Counted from the first letter of the stretch, positions 17,492 to 26,207 are shown. The stretch is DNA of 26,937 bases from Myxococcota bacterium (GCA_040260805.1 JBDQPD010000041.1:1-26937), one strand, 5' to 3'. Numbers and translations are program-made. The notes: a model not told the origin generated them from the letters alone.

Positions 17492-18820
17492 TTAGTTCCC
17501 CGCTTTCGCCAGGTGCTTATCGACGATCTGAACGAAGTTATTGTAAGGAAGTGCGCCCCCAATATGCTCATCATTGATGAAGTAATTCGGAGTAAATCGA
17601 ACACCCATTCGCGCCGCTTCGGACATGTCATCAGCGACCTGCTGGCGGACCAAGACACTCGTCATATCGTCCATCAACAGATCCAAATCCAGACCCAGCT
17701 CCAAAGCCAGCCCTAAAATCGCATCCACGCCGCCGCTCTTCACGTCTTTTTGGCGCTCATACAGAAGCTTATGCATCGACCAGAACTTGCCTTGGCGCCC
17801 CGCCGCTAGCACCGCTCGTGCCGAGGCGTCGGCATATCGATGCATCTTCAAAGGGAGGTTTTTGAACACAATGCGCAAGTTGTCCTCGCCATACTTAGTC
17901 TTGAGCTGGCGCAACGCCGCTGCCCCTCTTTTGCAATAAGGACACAAGAAATCGCCGAACTCCACGATGGTCACCTTGGCGTCGGGTTTACCCCACGAGG
18001 GATCGTTATCGGTGATCCGCACTTTGTTTTCGCCAAAGCGCGCCTCACCTTCCTTCTTTTGCTCCAAGGTACCGGTGTCAACGCCTTCAAGGTCAAAGGG
18101 CTCAGTTTTGAGTAGAGCCTTCAAGCCGCCCGCTTCTTGCCCTGCTTTGAGCTCTTGATCGATCAAGGTCGCGAGCGCGGCGGCGGGCGTGGTGCCCGGG
18201 ACCTGAACGCCGTTGAGGTAAAAGGTCGGTCGCCGATTAAGTCCTAACGCATCAGCCTGCTTGCCATCGTTCTCCACCGCTTGGAGCGTGGCGGCGTCAG
18301 CCATCGCCGAACGATAAGCCGTGTCATCGACCCCGAGCGAGCCCGCCCATGCCGAAAAATCGACGTAGCCGAGACCGTCATTGCGCCCAAAAGCGAGCTG
18401 CCGAAACACCGCTAGCTTGCCCAGCTTCGCCGCCGCTTCTGCTGCAACAGCAGAGGATTTGCTGGTGTGGTTTTCTGTGTTCACGAAGTGTCGATAAGCC
18501 ACCGTCAGCTGCTCAGGGTACTGACCCAGCAAGGTGTCAACGACGCGTCCTGCGGTTGCCGCAAAGGGCGACGCAAAATCACCAAAGACCACCAGCTGAG
18601 CCTGCGGTGCCTTGGCGCCTCGGCTGCGGTGGTCAGCGGTCACACCCAAGTCAACGCGCTGGCCCTCGTTAGCGACGACCACCGCGCTCGGGCTAGCGGC
18701 TGCACCGGATGACTCTGAGGACAGCGCCATCTGAACCCCACCAGCGACCACCGCCGCAAGCGCTGCGACGCCCATCAAGGGCAACAATGCGATCGAATCA
18801 TTCTTTTGATCTTGAGTCAT
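17492..18820 (-). CDS. Membrane-anchored tandem DsbA/BdbD-like (Thioredoxin_4) protein; domain 1 lacks CXXC, domain 2 has CPYC
   Basis: ATG 18820 lies 4 nt after the upstream stop, with a G-rich RBS. N-terminal hydrophobic helix. Domain 1: GDFASPFA...RHF...RPTFYLNG. Domain 2: EFGDFLCPYC...KNLPL..H...QGKFW.MH...TPNYFIN. Confidence 0.88.
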   Translation of the reverse strand: MTQDQKNDSIALLPLMGVAALAAVVAGGVQMALSSESSGAAASPSAVVVANEGQRVDLGVTADHRSRGAKAPQAQLVVFGDFASPFAATAGRVVDTLLGQYPEQLTVAYRHFVNTENHTSKSSAVAAEAAAKLGKLAVFRQLAFGRNDGLGYVDFSAWAGSLGVDDTAYRSAMADAATLQAVENDGKQADALGLNRRPTFYLNGVQVPGTTPAAALATLIDQELKAGQEAGGLKALLKTEPFDLEGVDTGTLEQKKEGEARFGENKVRITDNDPSWGKPDAKVTIVEFGDFLCPYCKRGAAALRQLKTKYGEDNLRIVFKNLPLKMHRYADASARAVLAAGRQGKFWSMHKLLYERQKDVKSGGVDAILGLALELGLDLDLLMDDMTSVLVRQQVADDMSEAARMGVRFTPNYFINDEHIGGALPYNNFVQIVDKHLAKAGN

Positions 18821-18824
18821 CGAA

Positions 18825-20705
18825 TCAACCCCCATCCTTGCAACATCTAAAGCCAGTAGAAACGGCTGCGTATCCTTTGCCCCAGACATCGCTGTATTCG
18901 TAACAGCGCGCTTTGTCGGCTTTCGAGTCAAAGGCGCCACCCATCAAAATTTGGCGCCCTTTCGCATCCACGACCCATTCGGCGACGTTGCCGGTCATGT
19001 CGTAGACTCCATCCGCGCTGACACAGCCAGGGTGCTGCCCGGTATAGACTGGCCGATACCCATGGTGCGCGTGCTTGTCCCAACACCGATCAATGCGATG
19101 AATGGGTCCATAAGGGTACAGACTCCCTTCCATCTTGTCGTCAGCGTAGCGCTTGTCGCCGTCGTCATCTTGAGCGAGCGCTCCTTGGCAAGCGGTTAGC
19201 CACTCGCGTTCAGTGCACAGACGCTTACCGGCTGCTTCGCAGGCATCCTTGGCAGCGTACCAGCTCATGGCGATCCCCGGAACGGCTTTGACGACTGAAA
19301 CCGCCTTACCCGTTTCATCCAAGCTACCCTCAAAACTATCGATACTAAACTTGAGCTCACCATAAGCGATGGAGCGCATCGCTGGAACGTCAGCAGCGAG
19401 CGGCTTGATGGCTTGCTCGGCGGGCTTGAAAGCCTGGGCTCGATAAGCCGCCTCCTCAGCGTTAGCGCCGAGCTTTTCTTCAATCACTTTAGCCATCGAC
19501 TCCGCTGAGCTCCCCGCCCGATAAAGCTCGCCGTTGACGAAAATCCGAGGGGTACCTCGCACATCGAGTGACTTACCCAACTTGGCGTCTTCAAGAACCT
19601 TTGCTTTACCCTTCTTCGAGCTCATGCAGCTCTTGTACTTCGCCATATCAAGACCGATTTCTTTGGCGTAAATCTCAAGGTCTTTGCGCCCAAGACTGTG
19701 TTGGTTCTTGAACGCCATGTCTGCGAAGGACCAGAACTTACCCTGGTTCTTGGCACACTCCGAGGCGTAAGCCGAGCGGCAGGCGTTGCCGTGCTTGTTG
19801 TACTTAACCCCGGGGTTGCACCATGTGCTCATCGGGAAGTGCTTGAAGACGAAGAGCACGCGATCACCATACGCCGCATACAAACGCTCAAATTGCCCCG
19901 CTGCGCGTTTGCAGTAGGCACACTCTAAGTCAGCAAACTCGACCACGGTGACCTGAGCGTTTGGGTTGCCACGCCAAGCATCAGCAGGCCCTACCTTGAT
20001 CGCAGCCTTCTTCTTCTTTTCAGTCGTCGCTGGGATCGAGCGCGCTTTGAGCACACCTTCTTCCGCATCACCGCTGCCTTCTTTGACCTTCTTATCGAGG
20101 TTCTTTGGGGCGCTCCCCATCAAGCTCATGTGGTAGGCTTGTTGCCCGCCAATTGCGAGCAAGGTGGCGATAAACAAATGACCGGCGGTCTGTCCCAGCA
20201 TGGATCGAGGGATCGGCCCCATGCGCAGGGCTCCGCCAAGCAGCGGCAAAATCAAAAGCGCTAGGTTGGCTGCGTACAAGCGCATGCACCACAGACAGAC
20301 AAAGCCGATCTGAGTTTTTGAAACGTAGAACAAGAACCCGCTGTAAACAGTCGCCCCAGCGCCCAAAACAGCAATCAACCCGAGCGTTCGAGCCTGACCA
20401 CGTAAGCCCAAGAAGGCTAACCAGGCGACCAGAGCATAAAGTCCAGCACCCCAAGTCGCGATCGGAACACCCAAGAACTCAGAGTACTCAGAGGTGTTGA
20501 CGACGTTGCAGTTGACCGCTTTGTCGGCGGTACAACCCACCAACTCACCCGGCGCATTGCCGTAGGCTTGAACCTCGTGGTGCCAGGTCATCAATCCGCC
20601 GACACCCACGCCAAACAAAGCGACGATGATCAGCGCCGTGTGCACCCAGCCCGGAGGATTAAACTGCGCTTCAGCGGTCGTTTCCTGATTTTCTTGATCG
20701 GTCAT
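18825..20705 (-). CDS. Fusion protein: vitamin K epoxide reductase (VKOR) + DsbA-like thioredoxin + FGE-sulfatase (SUMF1-like) domain
   Basis: VKOR: C-x7-C..V.TSEYSEFLGVPIA.WG and IGFVCLWC with about five TM helices. DsbA: EFADLECAYC, KHFP, GTPRIFVNG. FGE: SWYAAKDACEAAGKRLCTEREW..ACQG, YPYG, GVYDMTGNVAEWV, GFRCC. Confidence 0.88.
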   Translation of the reverse strand: MTDQENQETTAEAQFNPPGWVHTALIIVALFGVGVGGLMTWHHEVQAYGNAPGELVGCTADKAVNCNVVNTSEYSEFLGVPIATWGAGLYALVAWLAFLGLRGQARTLGLIAVLGAGATVYSGFLFYVSKTQIGFVCLWCMRLYAANLALLILPLLGGALRMGPIPRSMLGQTAGHLFIATLLAIGGQQAYHMSLMGSAPKNLDKKVKEGSGDAEEGVLKARSIPATTEKKKKAAIKVGPADAWRGNPNAQVTVVEFADLECAYCKRAAGQFERLYAAYGDRVLFVFKHFPMSTWCNPGVKYNKHGNACRSAYASECAKNQGKFWSFADMAFKNQHSLGRKDLEIYAKEIGLDMAKYKSCMSSKKGKAKVLEDAKLGKSLDVRGTPRIFVNGELYRAGSSAESMAKVIEEKLGANAEEAAYRAQAFKPAEQAIKPLAADVPAMRSIAYGELKFSIDSFEGSLDETGKAVSVVKAVPGIAMSWYAAKDACEAAGKRLCTEREWLTACQGALAQDDDGDKRYADDKMEGSLYPYGPIHRIDRCWDKHAHHGYRPVYTGQHPGCVSADGVYDMTGNVAEWVVDAKGRQILMGGAFDSKADKARCYEYSDVWGKGYAAVSTGFRCCKDGG

Positions 20706-21190
20706 TTCATTGCCCTCAACGCATTCTCGAGCTGCGTCAGCCCATCACGTTTGTTGAATCCAACCTTGCGAAACTTAACGGTCCCTTTGCGGTCCACGAT
20801 GTACGACGTGGGCATACTCGCCACGTCGTATTGGGCCAGGGCTTTGTTCTCGGGATCAAAGGCGACCGGTAATTTGAGCTTGAGTCGCTCCATAAAGCGA
20901 CGACCCGCTGACGAGTTCCGATCGACATTGACGGCGATAAACTTAACTTTTGGATAGCGTTTCGCCAGCCCAACCAGTTGGGGTAACTCATCCTGGCACG
21001 GGCCACACCAGCTCGCCCAGAAAGCTATGACAACAGGCTTTCCACGTTGTTTGCTTAGAATAAACTTTCCACCTTTATTATCCTTGAGTTCAAAGTCAGG
21101 CGCAGTGCGCCCGAGCAAGGTTTTGTGATCCAAAGGGATCATCTCAGGGAGTGGTGTCGTCGACGCTATCAACAAGCTCAGAAAGAGCAT
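20702..21190 (-). CDS. TlpA/ResA-family thiol-disulfide oxidoreductase, exported
   Basis: Motifs APDFELKD..G, GKPVVIAFWASWCGPC..ELP.L, MPTSYIVDRKG. Short signal peptide. RBS AAGGAG. Stop overlaps the next start (ATGA, 20702-20705). Confidence 0.92.
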   Translation of the reverse strand: MLFLSLLIASTTPLPEMIPLDHKTLLGRTAPDFELKDNKGGKFILSKQRGKPVVIAFWASWCGPCQDELPQLVGLAKRYPKVKFIAVNVDRNSSAGRRFMERLKLKLPVAFDPENKALAQYDVASMPTSYIVDRKGTVKFRKVGFNKRDGLTQLENALRAMK

Positions 21191-21329
21191 CTGCTCTTCT
21201 CCTTTGTACTCGAAATCAATGGTTCGCTATCAAAGCAACGCAGTTGGTTCAATATTCCGTATGCACCTCTACTTTTTATCTGCCCTACGGCAATGGGCAT
21301 GGTAGCAACAAATCCGGGAGATTCTGTTC

Positions 21330-22718
21330 ATGGCTTCAACCGGCCTTTTGCGGCCACATCAGTCGCGCATCTCGCTTTTGCAGCGAGTACTCGATGCCGG
21401 TTTAATTCTGGGTACGCTCTACATTGCCACCTTACTGCCTCGAGTCGATCTCGCTCAAGAGGCCGTGCGCGACGCGTACACGATGGTGGGCTTGCTCGGC
21501 GTCGTGACTTTCACCTTTGTCGCAGAAATGAGTCGGCTCTACGCATCCTGGCGTGGCAGCACGATCAGCGCCGAGATCCTGCGAGCCATCTGGTGTTGGG
21601 CGTTGGCGACCCTGACCCTCTTGGTCATCGGGTTTGCGACGAAAACCTCGGTTGGGTATTCACGCGTCGCCATAGCGCTTTGGTGCACTGCGACCCCAGT
21701 GGGACTGAGTCTGGTCCGAATTGCGGTTCGACAAGCGCTCAGGGCTGCCCGTGATCGTGGCTACAATAAGCGCATTGGAGCCATCGTCGGTTCGGGGCCG
21801 CTCGCCCAACAGATCAGCAAGACCTTGCTCGATAACGCGTCATTCGGAATCGAAAATCGAGGATTTTTCGACGACGAAGGCGAGCAGTTGACGGGCAGCC
21901 TCGATGAGTTGATTGAGCTGTGTGCCCAAGGCAAAGTCGATGTGGTGTACATGGCGCTTCCGCTCGAGCGCAGCCGACAGATTCGCGAGCTGACGGGACG
22001 CCTACAGAACTCGACGGCTTCGATCTACCTGGTCCCTGACCTGTTGGTCTTTGACCTCATGCAAGCCCGGGTACAACACCTCGGTGACGTTCCCGTTATC
22101 TCGATTCTTGAGAGCCCCTTTCTCGGTATCGATGGGTCGGTCAAACGTCTCGAAGACGTTATCCTGGGCAGTCTTATTTTGTTGCTGATCAGTATTCCTA
22201 TGCTGTTCATCGCGCTGGCCGTTAAACTCACCTCATCGGGACCGATCTTCTTCAAACAAAGACGCTATGGTCTAAACGGAAAAGAGATCTCGGTCTGGAA
22301 ATTTCGATCCATGTCCGTCTTAGAAGATGGCGATCAGGTCAAACAAGCGACAAAGGGTGATGTGCGAATTACTCCGCTCGGCGCATTTTTGCGCAAGACC
22401 TCACTCGATGAACTGCCGCAGTTTATCAATGTCATCCAAGGTCAAATGTCGATCGTTGGGCCTCGCCCTCATGCGGTCGCTCACAACGAACAATACCGGC
22501 AAATCATCGGCGATTATATGCTGCGTCATAAGGTTAAGCCCGGCATCACGGGCTGGGCTCAAATCAACGGCTGGCGTGGCGAAACCGATACCCTTGAGAA
22601 GATGGAAAAGCGTGTAGAGTTTGACCTGTACTACATTCGCAACTGGTCGCTGTACTTGGATCTAAAGATCGTATTTCTAACGGTCTTTAGAGGATTCAAC
22701 GACAGCAACGCCTATTGA
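21330..22718 (+). CDS. wcaJ: Undecaprenyl-phosphate glucose phosphotransferase (WcaJ-like priming glycosyltransferase)
   Basis: N-terminal TM helices. KRLEDV, GPIFFKQRRYGLNG, WKFRSM, FLRKTSLDELPQFINV..G.MSIVGPRPHAVAHNEQY, RHKVKPGITGWAQINGWRGETDT, FDLYYIRNWS. RBS GGGAG. Confidence 0.9.
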   Translation: MASTGLLRPHQSRISLLQRVLDAGLILGTLYIATLLPRVDLAQEAVRDAYTMVGLLGVVTFTFVAEMSRLYASWRGSTISAEILRAIWCWALATLTLLVIGFATKTSVGYSRVAIALWCTATPVGLSLVRIAVRQALRAARDRGYNKRIGAIVGSGPLAQQISKTLLDNASFGIENRGFFDDEGEQLTGSLDELIELCAQGKVDVVYMALPLERSRQIRELTGRLQNSTASIYLVPDLLVFDLMQARVQHLGDVPVISILESPFLGIDGSVKRLEDVILGSLILLLISIPMLFIALAVKLTSSGPIFFKQRRYGLNGKEISVWKFRSMSVLEDGDQVKQATKGDVRITPLGAFLRKTSLDELPQFINVIQGQMSIVGPRPHAVAHNEQYRQIIGDYMLRHKVKPGITGWAQINGWRGETDTLEKMEKRVEFDLYYIRNWSLYLDLKIVFLTVFRGFNDSNAY

Positions 22719-22726
22719 CGCCCTGG

Positions 22727-24172
22727 TCAAAACTGGAAGTAGATAAACTCGACGCGTCCTAGGTTTCCGAAGAACACGATGGCGTAGAGGCCCGTGACGT
22801 ATACGAACCACCGAAACGGGCGACGAGACCAGAGGCTATAAGCCCAGGGCGTCTGCGTCTCCTCGATCCAGTCAATGCTCAAAAGAACAGCGATCGTCGC
22901 AAGTAAGATGAGCATCCCCACCCGTCCAAGACCGAGTTCCCAAAGAACGCTTGGCTCAGCTTGAGCCCATCGCGCTAGCTGTTCAAAGACCAGCGCAGCG
23001 TCAGCAAAATTGGGTGAGCGAAACAAAACGTAACCGGCTAAAACTGCCCCAATCACCCACACATGGCGCAGGCCATACCAGACGTAATACGACCAACGAC
23101 CCAAACGAGTCAGCAGGGGCTCACGAAATCGAGACAGCCAGGTCTCAGCGATCAAACAAAGGGCGTGCAACGCACCCCACAAGACAAAGGTCCAAGCCGC
23201 ACCATGCCACAAGCCGCTCAACAAAAATACGACCATGATGTTGAGCTGTGTCCGCCATCTCGAACCTCGACTCCCACCCATTGGAATGTAGACGTAGTCA
23301 CGAAACCAACTCACGAGGGTGATGTGACGCCGCCGCCAATAGTTGCGCAAAGAAGAGGCAAAAAACGGACGCCGGAAATTCTCACTGAGGTGGACCCCCA
23401 TGACGCGAGCGCTGCCGATAGCGATGTCTGAGTAGGCAGAGAAATCGCAGTAAATCTGAAGCGCAAACAAGACGGTCGCGAAGAGTACGAACGCGCCAGC
23501 ATAGTCCGCGGGCTGTGCGTAGACCGTGCTCACGACCACCGCGGCGTTGTCGGCGATCACAATCTTTTTAAACGCACCCCACAGCATTCGCTGCAGCCCA
23601 GACCGGATGCCCTCAAAGTCTGCAAGCTTTGACGCTCGCAGTTGAGGGATCAAGAGGTTGGCTCGCTCGATAGGTCCAGCGATGAGCTGAGGGAAAAATG
23701 ACACATAGATCGCAAAGTAACCAAAGTGGCGCTCAGGCGATTTGACCCCTCGATACACGTCGAAGGTATAACTCATCGACTGAAAAGTATAAAATGAGAT
23801 GCCTACAGGCAGCAGCAGACCAAGCGTTGTTGAGTCGATATTCCAACCTACGAAGTCACCAACCCATGCGAGGCTACCGCCAAAGAAATCGGCATATTTG
23901 AAGCCGATGAGCATGCCCAGATTGGCGCTGATACTTGCGCCAACCAGAAGTTTTCGGCGCCACGGGATTTTGGCTTCAGCAAGCTTTATACCGACCCAAT
24001 AATCAACCAGAGTAGAGGCTAAAAGCAGCACACCGTACTCGGGCTTCCATGACATATAAAATGCATAACTAGCAGCGAGTAACGGGACCCATCGCCAACG
24101 CGTTGGCGTGCTAAAATACGCAAGACAGACCGCCGCGTAAAAGATCAGAAACTGAAACGTATTAAACAGCAT
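22727..24172 (-). CDS. MBOAT family O-acyltransferase (AlgI/PatA/DltB-like)
   Basis: Motifs LPVGISFYTFQSMSY..DVYRG, SFFPQLIAGPIER, QIYCDFSAYSDIAIG, ENFRRPF, WFRDYVYIPMGGSR, SGLWHGAAWTF (catalytic His), C-terminal FIYFQF. Confidence 0.95.
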   Translation of the reverse strand: MLFNTFQFLIFYAAVCLAYFSTPTRWRWVPLLAASYAFYMSWKPEYGVLLLASTLVDYWVGIKLAEAKIPWRRKLLVGASISANLGMLIGFKYADFFGGSLAWVGDFVGWNIDSTTLGLLLPVGISFYTFQSMSYTFDVYRGVKSPERHFGYFAIYVSFFPQLIAGPIERANLLIPQLRASKLADFEGIRSGLQRMLWGAFKKIVIADNAAVVVSTVYAQPADYAGAFVLFATVLFALQIYCDFSAYSDIAIGSARVMGVHLSENFRRPFFASSLRNYWRRRHITLVSWFRDYVYIPMGGSRGSRWRTQLNIMVVFLLSGLWHGAAWTFVLWGALHALCLIAETWLSRFREPLLTRLGRWSYYVWYGLRHVWVIGAVLAGYVLFRSPNFADAALVFEQLARWAQAEPSVLWELGLGRVGMLILLATIAVLLSIDWIEETQTPWAYSLWSRRPFRWFVYVTGLYAIVFFGNLGRVEFIYFQF

Positions 24173-24179
24173 CAGCTCA

Positions 24180-25172
24180 TCACTGCACGTTCATGTTGCT
24201 CAGCAGTTCGGGCTGCAACAAAGCCCACAGACGCTGAGTATAGAGTGAAGCACCTGCTCGGTTCAGGTGCGCCGGGTCCGAAAAATAACGGTTGGAAAAG
24301 CGCCAGTAATCAGGACCAAGGACCTCGACCGATGACCCCTCAAAGGCAGCGTCCAACTTGGGTTTTTCCGGCGCCTTTGCGTAGCGATTTTGCCGGATCG
24401 GAACAGGCACGAAAAGCACCCTGAACCCGAACTGGCGTTGCATCGCCTGAAGCTTTAAAAACTCCGGACCGGTCGCGCCACAATCGCGAGCTCCTTGCTG
24501 CTCCGGCTGATCCTTCAAGGACCGGAAATCGTTGGGTAGCTGGTGCATCGGATAGATGCTTTGATCTGCGATGAAATGATAACCACGATAACGCCTCAGG
24601 TCTTGGATCTGGCGCCGGGAATCATCAAGGAATTGTCCCGCCCCACCAGCCGACCAAGACCGAGCGCTGAACTCGATCACGTTGCGAGCCAATCGACGAA
24701 ACGGAAACAAGGATTCGATGATCTGAAGATCACGCTCTGTCTGGCTCTCGAGGCTCGCAGATGAGCGCAAACACTGGGTCAAAACCACATGAGTCGGTAT
24801 CGTTCGCTGAGCGACCATCCGCTCGAGATTCGATACGACGTAACGCGCATGATTCGGGAGCCCAAAATTAATCGACTCAACCCGTCCGCTGCTGAGCTGG
24901 TCAAACGTTTCTGGGATAAAACCTGCGAGGACTTTACTCGATCCAAAGACCACCACTCGCACAGCGGTGTCTTTGGAGAAAATAGACTCTGTTTTAAGCC
25001 AACTTAATTTTTCATCAAGAACCTGTTGATGGCCTGGTTTTAGCTCAGGAAAACTTGACCACGCCCCAACAAAGACCAACCAAACCAACGCAAAAACACC
25101 TGCAAACTTGAGCAGATGCTTCAAGGGATTAGGCGCTTGGCGGTTCGAAACTGAGTCGTGGTGGGGTTTCAT
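24180..25172 (-). CDS. SGNH-like/DltD-AlgJ-like periplasmic acyltransferase partner
   Basis: N-terminal TM anchor, VVVFGSS (block I Ser), SINFGL, C-terminal FSDPAHLN (DxxH). Lies 7 nt upstream of the MBOAT gene, same strand. Confidence 0.7.
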   Translation of the reverse strand: MKPHHDSVSNRQAPNPLKHLLKFAGVFALVWLVFVGAWSSFPELKPGHQQVLDEKLSWLKTESIFSKDTAVRVVVFGSSKVLAGFIPETFDQLSSGRVESINFGLPNHARYVVSNLERMVAQRTIPTHVVLTQCLRSSASLESQTERDLQIIESLFPFRRLARNVIEFSARSWSAGGAGQFLDDSRRQIQDLRRYRGYHFIADQSIYPMHQLPNDFRSLKDQPEQQGARDCGATGPEFLKLQAMQRQFGFRVLFVPVPIRQNRYAKAPEKPKLDAAFEGSSVEVLGPDYWRFSNRYFSDPAHLNRAGASLYTQRLWALLQPELLSNMNVQ

Positions 25173-25256
25173 CTGATCGACTTGGAGTTCGCTAGGTTGT
25201 GCCTCAAGGGAGTCAGGAGCAAAACACCACAGGAGCCGGTGTCGTCACATAACACG

Positions 25257-25292
25257 AAAAAAGAGATGAACGGACGCTGACGCGCCCGTTCA
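25257..25292 (-). terminator. Rho-independent terminator
   Basis: Minus strand reads TGAACGGGCGC-GTCA-GCGTCCGTTCA (11-bp stem with one G-U pair) followed by TCTCTTTTTT. It starts about 25 nt after the stop of the 25318-26091 gene. Confidence 0.8.
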
Positions 25293-25317
25293 AACCGACA
25301 GCCTGTGGCTGTGGATA

Positions 25318-26091
25318 CTAATCAGGCTTGATGATGCCCGCGTCGATCAACTTACCGACCTCAAGGAACGCTTTCGCCGAGGTCGAAAATCGATCCACCT
25401 CGCTCTGGCTGTAGCCGTTCCGGTTGACGTCTTTGTTCTTCAGCAATCGTTGCCCAGCAACCTCGACTGCGCGGTCGATATCAGATGGCGTCACACGCGC
25501 ACCGGACTCATGATCACGAGCGTCAATGAAGTTGAAGAAATAACTCGCAGCCAAGGCTTCGGTCCCACGCCCCTCACGGTACAGATTTCCGATCAAGGCT
25601 TCACGGTCGTCACGCGAGGTGATCTTGTCGTCACCAGCAGCCCCCTTGAGCATCTGAGCGGTGTGCTGCAAGCCCGCCTCAGGAACACGATGAGCGATTC
25701 GACCGCCGCCCTCATCCGAGTCGGCTCGAAGCTTTAATCCGATCTCAACCAGAGCGCGGCCAGTCGCCGGCATGGTTTTCAATTCGGCTTGAGAGTATCC
25801 GTTGCGGTTGACGTCAGCGCTCTCGAGCAGTTCGCTTTCTACAAAGCCACGCGCCTGGTCCAGATCAGACCCGGTGACTCGAGCGCCAGGGGCGTCTTCA
25901 AACTTGTCCACCATCCGGAAGACTTTGCCCGCCGCATACGCTTCGGTGCCGCGTCCATCTTTGCGTAACGTTTTACCGAGCTTTTCAGCATCATCACGAG
26001 AAATCACACCGTCTTTACCAGCGCTCTCTTTGAGCATTTTGGTGACGTGTTCAAAACCTTCGAGAGGTACATTATGACCGATTCGGCTCAT
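25318..26091 (-). CDS. Hypothetical protein of two tandem ~122-aa homologous domains with EF-hand-like loops
   Basis: ATG 26091 with RBS AAGGAG. The two halves share SRDD, GRGTEA, GARVT.SD and DVNRNGYSQ.E. No signal peptide. Confidence 0.8.
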   Translation of the reverse strand: MSRIGHNVPLEGFEHVTKMLKESAGKDGVISRDDAEKLGKTLRKDGRGTEAYAAGKVFRMVDKFEDAPGARVTGSDLDQARGFVESELLESADVNRNGYSQAELKTMPATGRALVEIGLKLRADSDEGGGRIAHRVPEAGLQHTAQMLKGAAGDDKITSRDDREALIGNLYREGRGTEALAASYFFNFIDARDHESGARVTPSDIDRAVEVAGQRLLKNKDVNRNGYSQSEVDRFSTSAKAFLEVGKLIDAGIIKPD

Positions 26092-26207
26092 GGTGGTTCT
26101 CCTTTTCAAATCGCATTGCATTGTCGGCGCAACAGTATGGTCGGTTGTGGCCGATCGGACAACTAACCGACATTTTTCACGAATTCTTTTGGCCCCTGGT
26201 CGCCTAC

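Noticed and set aside
18821..18940. Long N-terminal extension of the tandem DsbA ORF given in the track (similar extensions at 2801, 6673 and 26217)
   Set aside because: The extensions overlap upstream genes or intergenic DNA. The downstream ATGs (18820, 2900, 6739, 26091) fit better by RBS, signal peptide or start of the recognisable motif.
18825..19390. FGE/C-type-lectin-like domain as a diversity-generating retroelement target or a true formylglycine-generating enzyme
   Set aside because: No reverse transcriptase or template repeat is visible in the window, the catalytic Cys pair of FGE is missing, and no sulfatase gene is adjacent.
21295..21310. GGTAGC upstream of wcaJ as a possible ops/JUMPStart element
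   Set aside because: Only a 6-nt core matches. The full GGCGGTAGCGT is absent and no long operon follows.
21125..21754. 209-aa + strand ORF spanning the tlpA/wcaJ intergenic region
   Set aside because: It overlaps both real genes in alternate frames, has no motifs and shows atypical composition.
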